64,000 nt of DNA, taken from assembly GCA_051294375.1 (NCBI GenBank), contig CM119264.1:15398228-15462227 (forward strand), read 5' to 3'. The translations under genes and the position numbers were made by a program. A model generated the notes under the pieces. The model was not told the origin of the DNA. It ran no database searches and worked only from the letters and a program-made list of their open reading frames with translations. Of the stretch, positions 39,101-47,740 are shown piece by piece. This DNA comes from Paraspadella gotoi. Its lineage: Eukaryota > Animalia > Chaetognatha. Numbering within the stretch: position 1 is the stretch's first letter; the number at the start of each line of letters is the position of its first letter.

Positions 39101-40572
39101 ATAGTTCTTCAGATTCATTTTATGCAAAAATTAATGCAAAAGATGTTGATACAAACATTCAAAGTATAATGGCAACAATTTTACCAAAGTTGAACTCTCA
39201 TCTTGATGAGGTATGTTCACAAGAATTTTTGACTGATTTACATGATCTCATTATATGTCTAATTTGTGAATCATTTCATGGTACACCTTGTGTAAAAACT
39301 ACACGCCATACGGACCAATCAAGTCAGGGAACCATGCGGAAAACACGATTTGAAAATTCATTTTTAAAAGATCAGTTGGGATCTATTTTAATGGAAGGAT
39401 TAAACAAGTTTTCTGGTCGTAAGCTGAGAGAGTGCCTTGAGGATTTATTGGCTGATATCTCTGAACTTCTTTTTAACGAATTTGCTTTTTATCATTTAAT
39501 GAAAACTCAGGGTGAACAAAATTCTACAATAGAAATGGGTGAAAATAACCAATCTAACTTCCAACGCTGGAATAGGTACTTAAATTGTAATAGAAATGGT
39601 TTAGAAAAAAATCAAATCAACATAAATACATCATCGTCATCATCTGCTTGTGCTCCACGACCTTATATTTTGAATGATGTTGCTTCAAGTTCCTCCGATG
39701 AGTTTGAAAATATAAACGTAAATGATAATATTGAAGAAATTTCTGAGGAGGAAACTGAAATTGGATATTCAACCGAGGATACAAATGAAAACACTATTAA
39801 TGAAACAAGCTTCTCTAAGTTTATACGACAGGTTTCCGATGAAGAGTATGAAAAATTAGGGAATGATCGCGACGATGAATTTGCAAAGGAGATTCCCGCT
39901 GGAGTGGGAGTTTTTACTATTACAAGCAATAACAGACCAGCATCCTCATTAAGAATGCTGTCAACTAAAAGTGAAATGGACGTTTCTGTGACACAATCAG
40001 AAAAATTCACTGACCCAATCATTAATGCTAAAATAATGAATAAAGTTTCGCATTCACCCTTTCGGTATGAGTTGGCAGTTTCGGAAACAAAGCCATATCA
40101 TATCATAGGAAGTGATGAAGATGATGAGGAATTGTGTGATCAAACAACGGAATGTTTTGAACCTCTAGAAACAGCAGTTTCACACCAGAGTGAAGAAGCA
40201 AAACCGCGAGTTCTACTTTTTGCCAAAACAGAAAAGGGCAAAAGTAGTCTAACTGAATCTTGTCATGAGAGTAAAAAGGAAAACTTAAGTTCCTCAAAAG
40301 AAGAAAAAGATGTTGATGACACACTTGATAGTAGTATTTGCATTGATTATAACATATCTAGTATTAAAGAATTGAATGATGATATTCAATCTGAGTATGA
40401 AGTTAATATCGAAGTATCTGCTCAACAGGTCAGCCTTACAACTCTCGGAAATAGCGAGTTGGAAACAAATGCAGTTGAAGTAAGAAACTCTTTACCCACT
40501 TTATTTAATTCAGAATCTGATGAACCAGTTGTTGGAGAGCTTTCATTAATAAACCTTGACCACCAAGAATAA
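33151..40572 (+). CDS. PCM1: Pericentriolar material 1 (centriolar satellite scaffold), single-exon CDS, 2473 aa
   Basis: Recalled PCM1 blocks appear in the correct order: IVSRLMQIKDYI; IWLQMRQHQILREELRARRRELERLM; ATWGGST; LRESIYSEVASLISLNETRPSFLLELFKDLQLLSTDHLRQ; PFASESLGDTVIHLDKAMKRMKEFE; KFSGRKLRECLEDLLADISELLFNEFAFYHLM. ORF is intact, with acceptor-like ccttttttag at 33059-33068 upstream. Confidence 0.95.
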   Translation: MASRSDSSLDGARDLEEIATTSSPNIIVSKRNTDGEVFVALPPSGRSSRCIVASGIQCLSSANSSNNPCSQKERHIDHLRDTLKIISNNSQGESPGSEINRNIPVSFPLCYNTLVGEIQHLDESIEKSKLPLKKLHTDVEISNQNNLKKSNSLHFPINEHFSGKDESPCNGFPRKVPYNSVKIRSSDPGNIIEDGRQVSIPVSDQNESSISVSDITLPKKTKNIPKEARKSSSDSRMGARKKNMCCLKETETDKATFFSLKSDIRETQSSDGIDTKFFYRDANGVHIVSRLMQIKDYIKQTSKMIERLSYKTCSSVEHVDDIAKLEELRSNLREQEGLYLNILQNLVPISHDSIKTDFQISDVSINNTEGNLYLSNSESMKTIESNDGLTKKDDDILKKQAALLNKLISQQKQIQTLQSRKQELQELTKNINLIIGGTCFNSIEELNESKKEKCSINSSLIDEESPSGSGKTISLDVSRSYISEEESTGMHTGDGSNESNQLTFSVLPEGSPPAIPPRNSSLKLNEVDLPKNNECSTISGFSLSSQTPRLHVRTCTNVTDPYDNRARAESLSRLPSVPSDNESVSVGPSMSLHLISDANVFFNDQERTDNSHETAAMLNAASAVKRALAERGELESKLQDLAFKKLQMDKLLHALNDIQSQVYDRELNDGSPLNNTREKKISDLKDMFHSEIPKESHSPRQVTKEADYDDYDAEEGVCTSHQTKTSESQDFNNERISPWFNPNDYLSKEQIVGLIQNTSLDTILSPGVNGQVQRISADEHPDVRRNLSYPDECSKSIQTVNVGGTKAKKEPKAFLHTNFQPILGTDNESSQNRDILSNLTANTEQDNARNTERVEEVQKRLIHLQTLLMHAERVQTGFSQQNEEPVFADSQSSEIMKENEQQNVPFSGLVTDNSIHDYPHNLKVNMKMNERANCTTNMDSKGKLVNSSIACDISVNPKMKGGPIEKNVRSIQAKSVNQRKSSCKDINPEKINPNAESVKGPKQSEGCISTSSDEIWLQMRQHQILREELRARRRELERLMGKDGARGMEHFYSRNQDISDNFSMSLRSEPVAASTLATWGGSTEEYNLDDGVQLDSNSITIPGVGFTSPDFHSLVDSGVGNRNEESIEKLQPIHQADNACQDDYNHSVLLTSSSQGDKGECQQDINQLRITPSVMYDVDSSPCDGVSSGSQVTKSELPSCEKLPNYQCPKCPGHTTELSDVKMCRDSLSPLNFSYGLQRPLPRCSRHEKSSFSCSDKADKNKQLMDSSYVPGFLNDHFKETEEQKTQPREFTRHVNFESESFPYSQLHTKQTCKNYKFFTDMIHSLTECSTQLMAQQESLIHLNQNCHLLLDSLLQNSYNINSSEMGHSNEIKANEMLEKKINYNFQNPPERYPILEPLGYQCYLHEQFQSQCQQSYQPYQCRKKGNHKSSNTNSSQLNENNDQNILKLSKSSRKNFHSLSPDQFKSENETKCFENEPNLKLSIKKEFSVPCVVSQQFKKGNSNKEEIFSDRPKQCVIGNSQPIPTVCLNYIPEPKNLRHNNPFNNSNSKILKKSSTTLKINEGNDAVKKDFKFLFDEGSIQTKNISTTIAGTLGNSKKKGNNTHEHLLASFNNSLQLLHSPRNEINQNSVFGILRESIYSEVASLISLNETRPSFLLELFKDLQLLSTDHLRQEIIQTIRILVANHLKECASKNEQVSSDIGSHFSENFVKSVAPTKTIQDRPKKDLRFIKPNARHSSNKLQQKTINSELTPSESLTLSEDIEITPKSNNFIRENKKDILHDTSELQLTKNEFHVNNEAYDYSEYVDNGSILSTPVSPDEPDDTHLQHTNDPPFASESLGDTVIHLDKAMKRMKEFESELIKKSRFSEKPEYNPNESILPKKRKKKIPKCVKEKNCNSKTLKNIVINDERDSSQAIESGSSISVIEDCKSDYKLNVIKSNTEKKMRKKTSRCTKSKAKDMKTSWSTETSEITSSSSAHDRGSDSSSDSFYAKINAKDVDTNIQSIMATILPKLNSHLDEVCSQEFLTDLHDLIICLICESFHGTPCVKTTRHTDQSSQGTMRKTRFENSFLKDQLGSILMEGLNKFSGRKLRECLEDLLADISELLFNEFAFYHLMKTQGEQNSTIEMGENNQSNFQRWNRYLNCNRNGLEKNQININTSSSSSACAPRPYILNDVASSSSDEFENINVNDNIEEISEEETEIGYSTEDTNENTINETSFSKFIRQVSDEEYEKLGNDRDDEFAKEIPAGVGVFTITSNNRPASSLRMLSTKSEMDVSVTQSEKFTDPIINAKIMNKVSHSPFRYELAVSETKPYHIIGSDEDDEELCDQTTECFEPLETAVSHQSEEAKPRVLLFAKTEKGKSSLTESCHESKKENLSSSKEEKDVDDTLDSSICIDYNISSIKELNDDIQSEYEVNIEVSAQQVSLTTLGNSELETNAVEVRNSLPTLFNSESDEPVVGELSLINLDHQE

Positions 40573-40590
40573 TAATAATAATAATAATAA
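40570..40590 (+). repeat. (TAA)7 microsatellite forming the PCM1 stop
   Basis: GAA TAA TAA TAA TAA TAA TAA TAA in frame. Confidence 0.95.
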
Positions 40591-41179
40591 TCATGGTCTG
40601 TGTCTTGTATATTTTTAGAAAGACAATCGTCCTTTTGGATCTTCATTACATTAACAATGTTTGTATAAATACCGATGCATACATTTATGCTTGTCTAATT
40701 TACACAAATTCAGATTCCATCTTAACTGTGATAATGTAAACACCATTGTTTTATGAACTGCATTAACTTGTAAAAGTTTATTACATCGGATAAGTTTATA
40801 AAACATTAATGGACAGTTCCTAATTATATTATTAAATCACTCCACAATTTCAATGCCTGGATTAGTACACATAATAATTACAGGATTATAAGTAATACTT
40901 TCTTACATGCTCAAAATTTAAAAAATTATCAAAAAAACTAATATAGTATTATACTATATTAGTTATTATATCTTTCACTTTTACTTCAAACAGATATTTC
41001 CTCCCTTTAGTAACACAAACAAATCGAATTGCTAAGTATAAAAAATTAAGTATTTTTTTTATAAAACAAAAAAATTCCTCCTTGTTCTCATCATATAACC
41101 TAAGTCTAACTTATGTAGATTTATTATTCTTTTTAACAAAGTTTGATTTTTATTTTGCAACGAATTTTATTTTAAAAGA

Positions 41180-41220
41180 GCAGACATGTTTCGGCTCACA
41201 ATACGAGCCTTCATCAGCGC
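41180..41220 (-). ncRNA. Minimal hammerhead ribozyme
   Basis: GCG-CUGAUGA-A-GGCUC(GUAUUGU)GAGCC-GAAAC-AU-GUC^UGC; intact. Confidence 0.87.
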
Positions 41221-41860
41221 ACATGAGTTATGAACTTGATACAAGTTTTTAGTTAAAGTAAAAGAGAGAGAGAGAGAGAGAGAGGGTTAAAGGTTTCCAA
41301 CAAAGAATTGAGTAAGGACAGTGATCAGTGGTGAGGACAGATTTTTGGAAGTGGCTAGTTTGAATAAGTTTTGAAAAGAAGTGAAAATTGGTGAGAGAGA
41401 CAGAGAGAGAGAGAGAGAGACAAAATAAATAAATAATTACATTTGAGCATAGGTGGCCTTGGGTTTGTTTCCTCAGGGAGCAATACCTGACCCAGCCAAC
41501 ACGAGATCAATCCCATTATCCTCTCAACCCATGACGCGCCAATGACCCGGCCCCGTCAGCAATACCTCTCCTTCATAAGACCGGGGGGGGGCCCAGCTCA
41601 TTTTGAGCTCTTTCTTAATTCTTATATTTCACTACAATCTTTACTTATCTATCTCTCTAAAATCTCAAATTTTCAACTTCTCAATTTCAATTTTCAACTT
41701 TTCAATTTCAAAAATTAATTTATTTCAATTTGTTATTAAACAGTTTCTATTATCTTTATCTATGTTGTACATTGCTCAAATGTAATTATTTATTTATTTT
41801 GTCTCTCTCTCTCTCTCTTTTACTTTAACTAAAAACTTGTATCAAGTTCATAACTCATGT

Positions 41861-41901
41861 GCGCTGATGAAGGCTCGTATTGTGAGCCGAAACATGTCTG
41901 C
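41861..41901 (+). ncRNA. Minimal hammerhead ribozyme
   Basis: Identical to 41180-41220 on the opposite strand; predicted cut after 41898. Confidence 0.87.
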
Positions 41902-42545
41902 TCTTTTAAAATAAAATTCGTTGCAAAATAAAATCAAACTTTGTTAATCTATCAATCAACGAAAAAGAAAGGATAATTACCATGAATATTCTTTTTAATA
42001 CATATATAATAAATTGACATAATAACATGCTTTATGAAAAATTACTCTAGAGGTAAGTTTTATTTTATTTAAGTTTGCTCTTTAGTCCATGTATTTTTCA
42101 AGGTTTTCTCTTTCGAAAAGGTAAATCAGTTTGTTTAGGATAAAAAATCATTGTGAAACTCATGCTTCCATTTGTTTTTATATATTTTTTTAAAGTTTGT
42201 ACCAAAGGGATACGTTTGCACTTAATGTTTGCACTTAATATTAAATTAAATATTTTATTTTTTTCCGCCCTTTAGATTTCAAAAAGTATATTACTGTATT
42301 TTTTGTAAAATGTTGCTGCATAAATATTTAAATCGGATTGTTTTTCCAAAGATTTGGAAGTACAAAGCTTAAATTAGCACGATCTATCCGAATGTTCTTC
42401 ATCTTAAAAAGATCTTTATCTTCCATAACCAAGACACCAGCTTTTCCTCTTAAACTTAGTCTTAATAGAAAAGCCGGTGGAATTACTTCTGTGTTTATTA
42501 TTTCAATCTTCAATCGCTTTTCCTGACACTTTGGATAATGTTAAG

Positions 42546-43542
42546 ACAAGTTTGAGCAAACAATGTCGGATCTGTCTAAGATAAACTAATCCGATTATAA
42601 ATCACAGTAGTTTTTTTTTACTTACAATTTCTTAACAAATCATAAGAAATTCGTAACATATTATCATAACAAATCATAACAGACTCCTTAATAAATCTAT
42701 GAAAAAATCTATTAATCAAATGGTTTATCAATTATTACCAGTAGATGCGCATAATTTGGTCAACTGGCAAATTTGTTTAACTTGCATAATTTGGTAATTT
42801 TGCATAATTTGATCAACTTATATAATCACCTTGCATTATTAGGTCAACTGACATAATTTGGTCAACTGGCATAATTTTATCAACTGGCATAATTTTAACA
42901 ACTGGCATAATTTTAACAACTGGCATAATTTTAACAACTGGCATAATTTTATCAACTGGCAGAATTTGGTCAACTGGCAGAATTTGGTCAACTTGCAGAA
43001 TTTGGTCGCTTGAATAATTTTATCAATTGGCATAATTTGGTCAATAAATCAATCAATCAGAGAGAGAAAGAGAGAGAGAAGTTTTAAAAAATTAAAATGT
43101 GTTTTTTGGTTTTCTATTTTAAACTATTTTCCATTCCTATGCTTTCATCAAAAATTAATATCCAGCTTAATCACATACTTTCCTACCCACACACAAAATT
43201 TTATTTCAATTTATCTATCCAATTTTTAATAAATATAATAATTAGGAGTAAATATGATTTTGGTTTTTTCCATTTACACTCATTTCCAATCGCACGATTC
43301 CATCTCACACTTCCCTACCCACACACAAAATTTCATTCCTATCCATCCATCCAATCATGAGTAATTGGATTTTTTTGCAAAGGGGGGAAGGACGGACGGA
43401 CATCATTTTTTTTTCATACTTTATCATAATTTGATGTTCTGACATGATATAAGTGAATGCCCGACAAGATTGGGGGGAAGGACCGATGGACCGACAAAGT
43501 GAAATATAGTCGGAATCTGCGATAAGCAAATCCTACTAAAAA
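42546..43542 (-). mobile_element. HINE family 1 with 18-bp array (~42750-43043)
   Basis: 3' end ACAAGTTTGAGCAAACAATGTCGGATCTG at left, 5' hairpin at right, internal (TTGGTCAACTGGCATAAT)n. Confidence 0.8.
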
Positions 43543-44250
43543 TGAGAGATGGAAGATCAGTCGGTGAAGCCTTAGGCCGACTTATGGACTAATCAAATAT
43601 ATGAGATTATTAATGGTGGTTAATATTAGTGAGGACTAGAGCCTCTCACCAAGATTTTTACAAAGTGACACACGACAGACCGCCGTTAAAAAAAATGTCA
43701 TTTGCCAACTTGTGCAGATTTTTTTAATCTGAAAGATTTTTTCTGTGGTAAAAACCTAAATCATTTATATATATATTTATATATCAAAATTTTATATTGA
43801 TTGGTTTTGAATTGACTTAGCAATGAGTGGAGATAAGTTTCTTTCAAAATCGTGTTTCATTTTAAAATTCCAATTTTTTTCTTCAATCTGTTTCTCTAAC
43901 TTTTTAAACATTTTTTAGTCGGATCTGCTTATCAGCAGAATCCGACTCTATAATTCACTTTGTCGGTCCCACCCTAAAATATTGTCGGTAAATCATTATT
44001 ATCATTTCAGAACCTCGAATTATGACGAATTATGCAAAAAAAATGTCCATCTGTCCGTCCCCCCTTAGCAAAACACTCCAATTACTCGTGATTGGATGCA
44101 TCGATTGGTATGAAATTTTGTGTGTGGGTAGGAAACTGTGTGATTGAGATGGATATGAAGTTTCGATGGAATCGTGCGAGTGGAAATTGGTTTAAATGAA
44201 AAAAAAATCTTATTTCACTATTTGAACGCCAATTGCTCATGAGTGGATAG

Positions 44251-44878
44251 TAGAGTGGAGCACTGGGGAGCTTAAATTTTATTTGAGTGAACAAACAAGG
44301 ATATTTAGATATGAGATAGTATGATTAAGGAGTACAAAAAATATTTTGTTTATATTGTTTGGAGAACAGTATAATTAATTACAATATATTTATAATAATA
44401 TTATTATAAAATCATAAATTTTCAAAATAATTTTTTTTAAATTTTTATTAAAGATTGTGATTCTTCATAAAAAGTTATATCAAAAATATAAAATATGTTA
44501 TTAAAAATTGTAATGTCTTCAGCATCAAAAATTCTAAAAAAAAGTCAAATTCTTTATTTTTTTATACTTTGTAGTAGAAACTATTATATGATAAAACGTT
44601 TTGGTCATTTTTCGCAGCTTTAACCTAAAAATATCATGTAACATATTTTACAAAAGTTTTTCAATTTTTTCCGGCTAATCCGAAACTTCTTAAAATTAAA
44701 AAAAAATATGATTTTGAAATTTTATGATTTTATAAGGATATTACTATAAAGAAAATTCAATTAATGATACTGTTATACAAATCTTTTTTGAAAAATAGCT
44801 TAATTATTTTTTATTTCATATATAAAGGCAGCAAAAAAATATTGTTCCATCGCTCAATCTTTTCATCACTCCACCCTA
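44251..44878. mobile_element. hAT-like MITE
   Basis: TAGAGTGGAG / CTCCACCCTA TIRs; 8-bp TSD GTGGATAG / GTGGTTGG (2 mismatches); uninterrupted host GAGTGGATAGGGCAATTGAC at 16342. Confidence 0.75.
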
Positions 44879-45237
44879 GTGGTTGGGGCAATTGACTTTA
44901 AATTTTGTATTATGGTAGGAAAGTGTGTGATTGAGCTGGATATAAAGTTCGATGGAATCGTCGAGTGGAAATGGGTTAAAATGGAAAAAAACAAAAGTCA
45001 TATTTACTTGAAGTATTTTTACTTAAATTTACTCATAATTATTGTTTATTAAAATTGGATAGATAAATTGAAATGGAATTTTGTGTGTGGGTAGGAAAGT
45101 ATGTGATAAAGCTGGATATAAATTTTTTGATGGAATCGTAGGAGTGGAAAAGTTTTCAAATTAGAAAACCAAAAGACACATTTATTTGAATTCTTTAAAG
45201 TTTCTCACTATCTCTCTCTGATTGATTGATTGATTGA

Positions 45238-45870
45238 TTGACCAAATTATGCCAATTGAAAAAAAATATGCCAGTTGACCAAATTCTGCAAGTTGACCCA
45301 ATTATGCCAGTTGACCAAATTATGCCAGTTGACCAAATTATGCCAGTTGACCAAATTATGCAGTTGACCAAATTATGCCAGTTGACCAAATTATGCCAGT
45401 TGACCAAATTATGCCAGTTGACCAAATTATGCAGTTGACCAAATTATGCAGTTGACCAAATTATGCCAGTTGACCAATTATGCCAGTTGACCAAATTATG
45501 CCAGTTGATAAAATTATGCCAGTTGATAAAATTATGTCAGTTTACCAAATTATGTCAGTTTACCAAATTATGTCAGTTTACCAAATTATTCAGTTTACCA
45601 ATTATGTCAGTTTACCAATTATGTCAGTTTACCAAATTATGTCAGTTTACCAATTATGTCAGTTTACCAAATTATGTCAGTTTACCAAATTATGTCAGTT
45701 TACCAAATTATGTCAGTTTACCAAATTATGTCAGTTTACCAAATTATGTCAGTTTACCAAATTATGTCAGTTTACCAAATTATGTCAGTTGACCGAATTA
45801 TGCCAGTTGACCAATGACCAAGTTATGTCAGTTGATTAAATTATGAAAGTTGACCAAATTATGCAAGTTG
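45238..45870 (+). repeat. 18-bp minisatellite, ~35 units
   Basis: TTATGCCAGTTGACCAAA-type units at the flanks; block of variant TTATGTCAGTTTACCAAA at ~45532-45790. Confidence 0.95.
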
Positions 45871-46239
45871 GTATTGGCACAGCTATTGGTAATGATTGAT
45901 ATATTAATTGATTTATAGATTTTTTCATAGAATTATTAAGAAGTCTGTTATGATTTGTTATTATCACAAACTGCGTGTCAGAAAAATTTCCATGATTTAG
46001 CATCGGATTAGCTTATTTCCGCCTAATTATCGTAGGCAGATCCGACATAGTTTGCTCAAACTTGTTTATCTTGAGATTGAGCTTGTGACAACTATGGGAC
46101 TAATAGTCTTCGTCGTTCCAAATTATAGCTCGCCTTTTTATCGAACCAGACGGCAAAGCCCGTCCTGGCTAGATTTTGTTTCGCTTTAGCTTCTTTGCGA
46201 CGTCGTCGTCGGCGTCACCCTTTTTTTTATTTTTATATA

Positions 46240-46385
46240 TTAACAAAGCTTGATTTTTAACCCTCTCTCTCTCTTTCTTTAACTAAAAACTTGTATCTGC
46301 TCTTGTAAAAATAAAATTTGTTGCAAAAATAAAATCAAACTTTAATCTCTCAAACAACGAAAAAAGAAAGGATAATTACCATGAA
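46240..46385 (+). mobile_element. 146-bp PLE pLTR insertion lacking the hammerhead
   Basis: 12-bp TSD TATTTTTATATA at 46228-46239 and 46386-46397; matches 41810-41986 except the ribozyme segment is missing at 46297|46298. Confidence 0.85.
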
Positions 46386-47740
46386 TATTTTTATATAAAA
46401 ACTACTACGGTTTATATAATTGTCTGGGGCTTAGTTTTTTTTTAAATAAAAATTACTATGAATTACTAAGAATTTTTATAAAAGTGTGCGATCATAGTAA
46501 AAAATTTAGATATGGCTTCTCATCTTGAAATAGATTTGAAATTTTCATATTACATTTGGATTCAAGTATTGCGACGATCTTGTAACGCTTTTGCGCATAA
46601 ATGGCGTCGTTGTAGGCGTTCCAACTTATCGATCGCCTTTTTAAATTTGGGTGTATGAAGCTGAAAATTTATATACAGCTTCTCATCATTGAGGTCCTTG
46701 AAGTTGGGTGAGGACAGTTATTAAATATGTTAGATATGTCGCTCCACGCTTAAAAAAAAATCCGAAAGAACGAAGCGGTTTCTGATAATTTTGGTTCCTA
46801 GCAATTTTTGCACCAGTAGCGCAGTAATTTACCCCTTGTATTATAATAAAAAATAAAAACAACAATTTTACCATACAGCTACATGCATTAGCATGTTATT
46901 AAAAGATTGTAGTGATTTTTTTAATAAAAAATTGTTATATTAATATAGCAAATGAGCATTATGCAAAGGTTTTAATTTGCACCTGAAGATGACAAAAATT
47001 TAAAAATCTGATAATATAGTCTTTTAGCCCTATGTCAGTAGTTTTTAAATCAGCCGGAACAAAGTTTGAACTCCTAAATTTTCATACTTAAATCATATGT
47101 TTTTTAAGGTTCCTACATGAATTTTTTAAATTTTTTGTTTTCAACCAAATGATAATTCATTATCCTTAGAAATTATATAAACATTTCAAGTATAGAAAAT
47201 TTTTGTTTATATCAGAAACATAATTCAATCTTTTCTCTTTCAGAATCTATATTTATTTAATTTTTTAAATACAGCCAAGTGTGTTTAATTTAATTTCAAA
47301 AGTTGTTATACTTTGACTAAGATTCCGATCAAGATTTTAAAAAAATCCGTAGAAATATTTGAGAAAAATTATATGGAAAAGATGCCCCATAATTATGGCT
47401 TTAATATGCTACCAGTCTCATCGTTCTATTATTTTTGGTTAAAAAGATATCAAAGAAAATCATTTTTTTTATTACCAATTAAATCACTCGGCCAAAGCTA
47501 AAAATTTAAGTGGAACCAAAAAGAAAATTTAACGAACGCAGATTTGTTTTAAAAATTGGGCGTGGAAAATGACCATTTTTTGTTGATTATTTTTCAACGC
47601 GTGGGTCGATTGATTTGAAATGTTTCATCAACAATATTGACATCATTTCCTATCAGTAAATGTAAAAATATTTAAAATAACATTATAAACGACCAGGTAA
47701 CTTGCCTAGCTAAATATGTTTTGTTTACGTTTTATAAAAA

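Larger units (their letters stand above)
41137..41986. mobile_element. PLE-derived inverted-repeat cassette with two identical hammerheads and an ORF tail
   Basis: TSD TATTCTTTTTAA at 41125-41136 and 41987-41998; outer arms ~41133-41284 and ~41805-41947; inner IR ~41402-41448 and 41773-41817; terminal tail CAACGAAAAAGAAAGGATAATTACCATGAA on the right arm only. Confidence 0.9.
43911..46066 (+). mobile_element. HINE family 1, full length, with nested hAT MITE and expanded array
   Basis: 5' TTTTAGTCGGATCTGCTTATCAGCAGA; 3' GCAGATCCGACATAGTTTGCTCAAACTTGTT. Confidence 0.85.

Noticed and set aside
33681-40646. Antisense ORFs within PCM1
   Set aside because: Shadow frames of a long coding region.
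30434-41986. PCM1 captured as cargo between flanking ribozyme cassettes
   Set aside because: The cassettes belong to different subfamilies, the right one has its own local TSD, and such cassettes are common enough here to flank by chance.
45195-45839. Repetitive ORFs (KLCQLT)n, (MPVDQI)n, (NYVSLP)n; CRISPR-like appearance
   Set aside because: Translations of the 18-bp minisatellite; contiguous units without unique spacers, in eukaryotic TE context.
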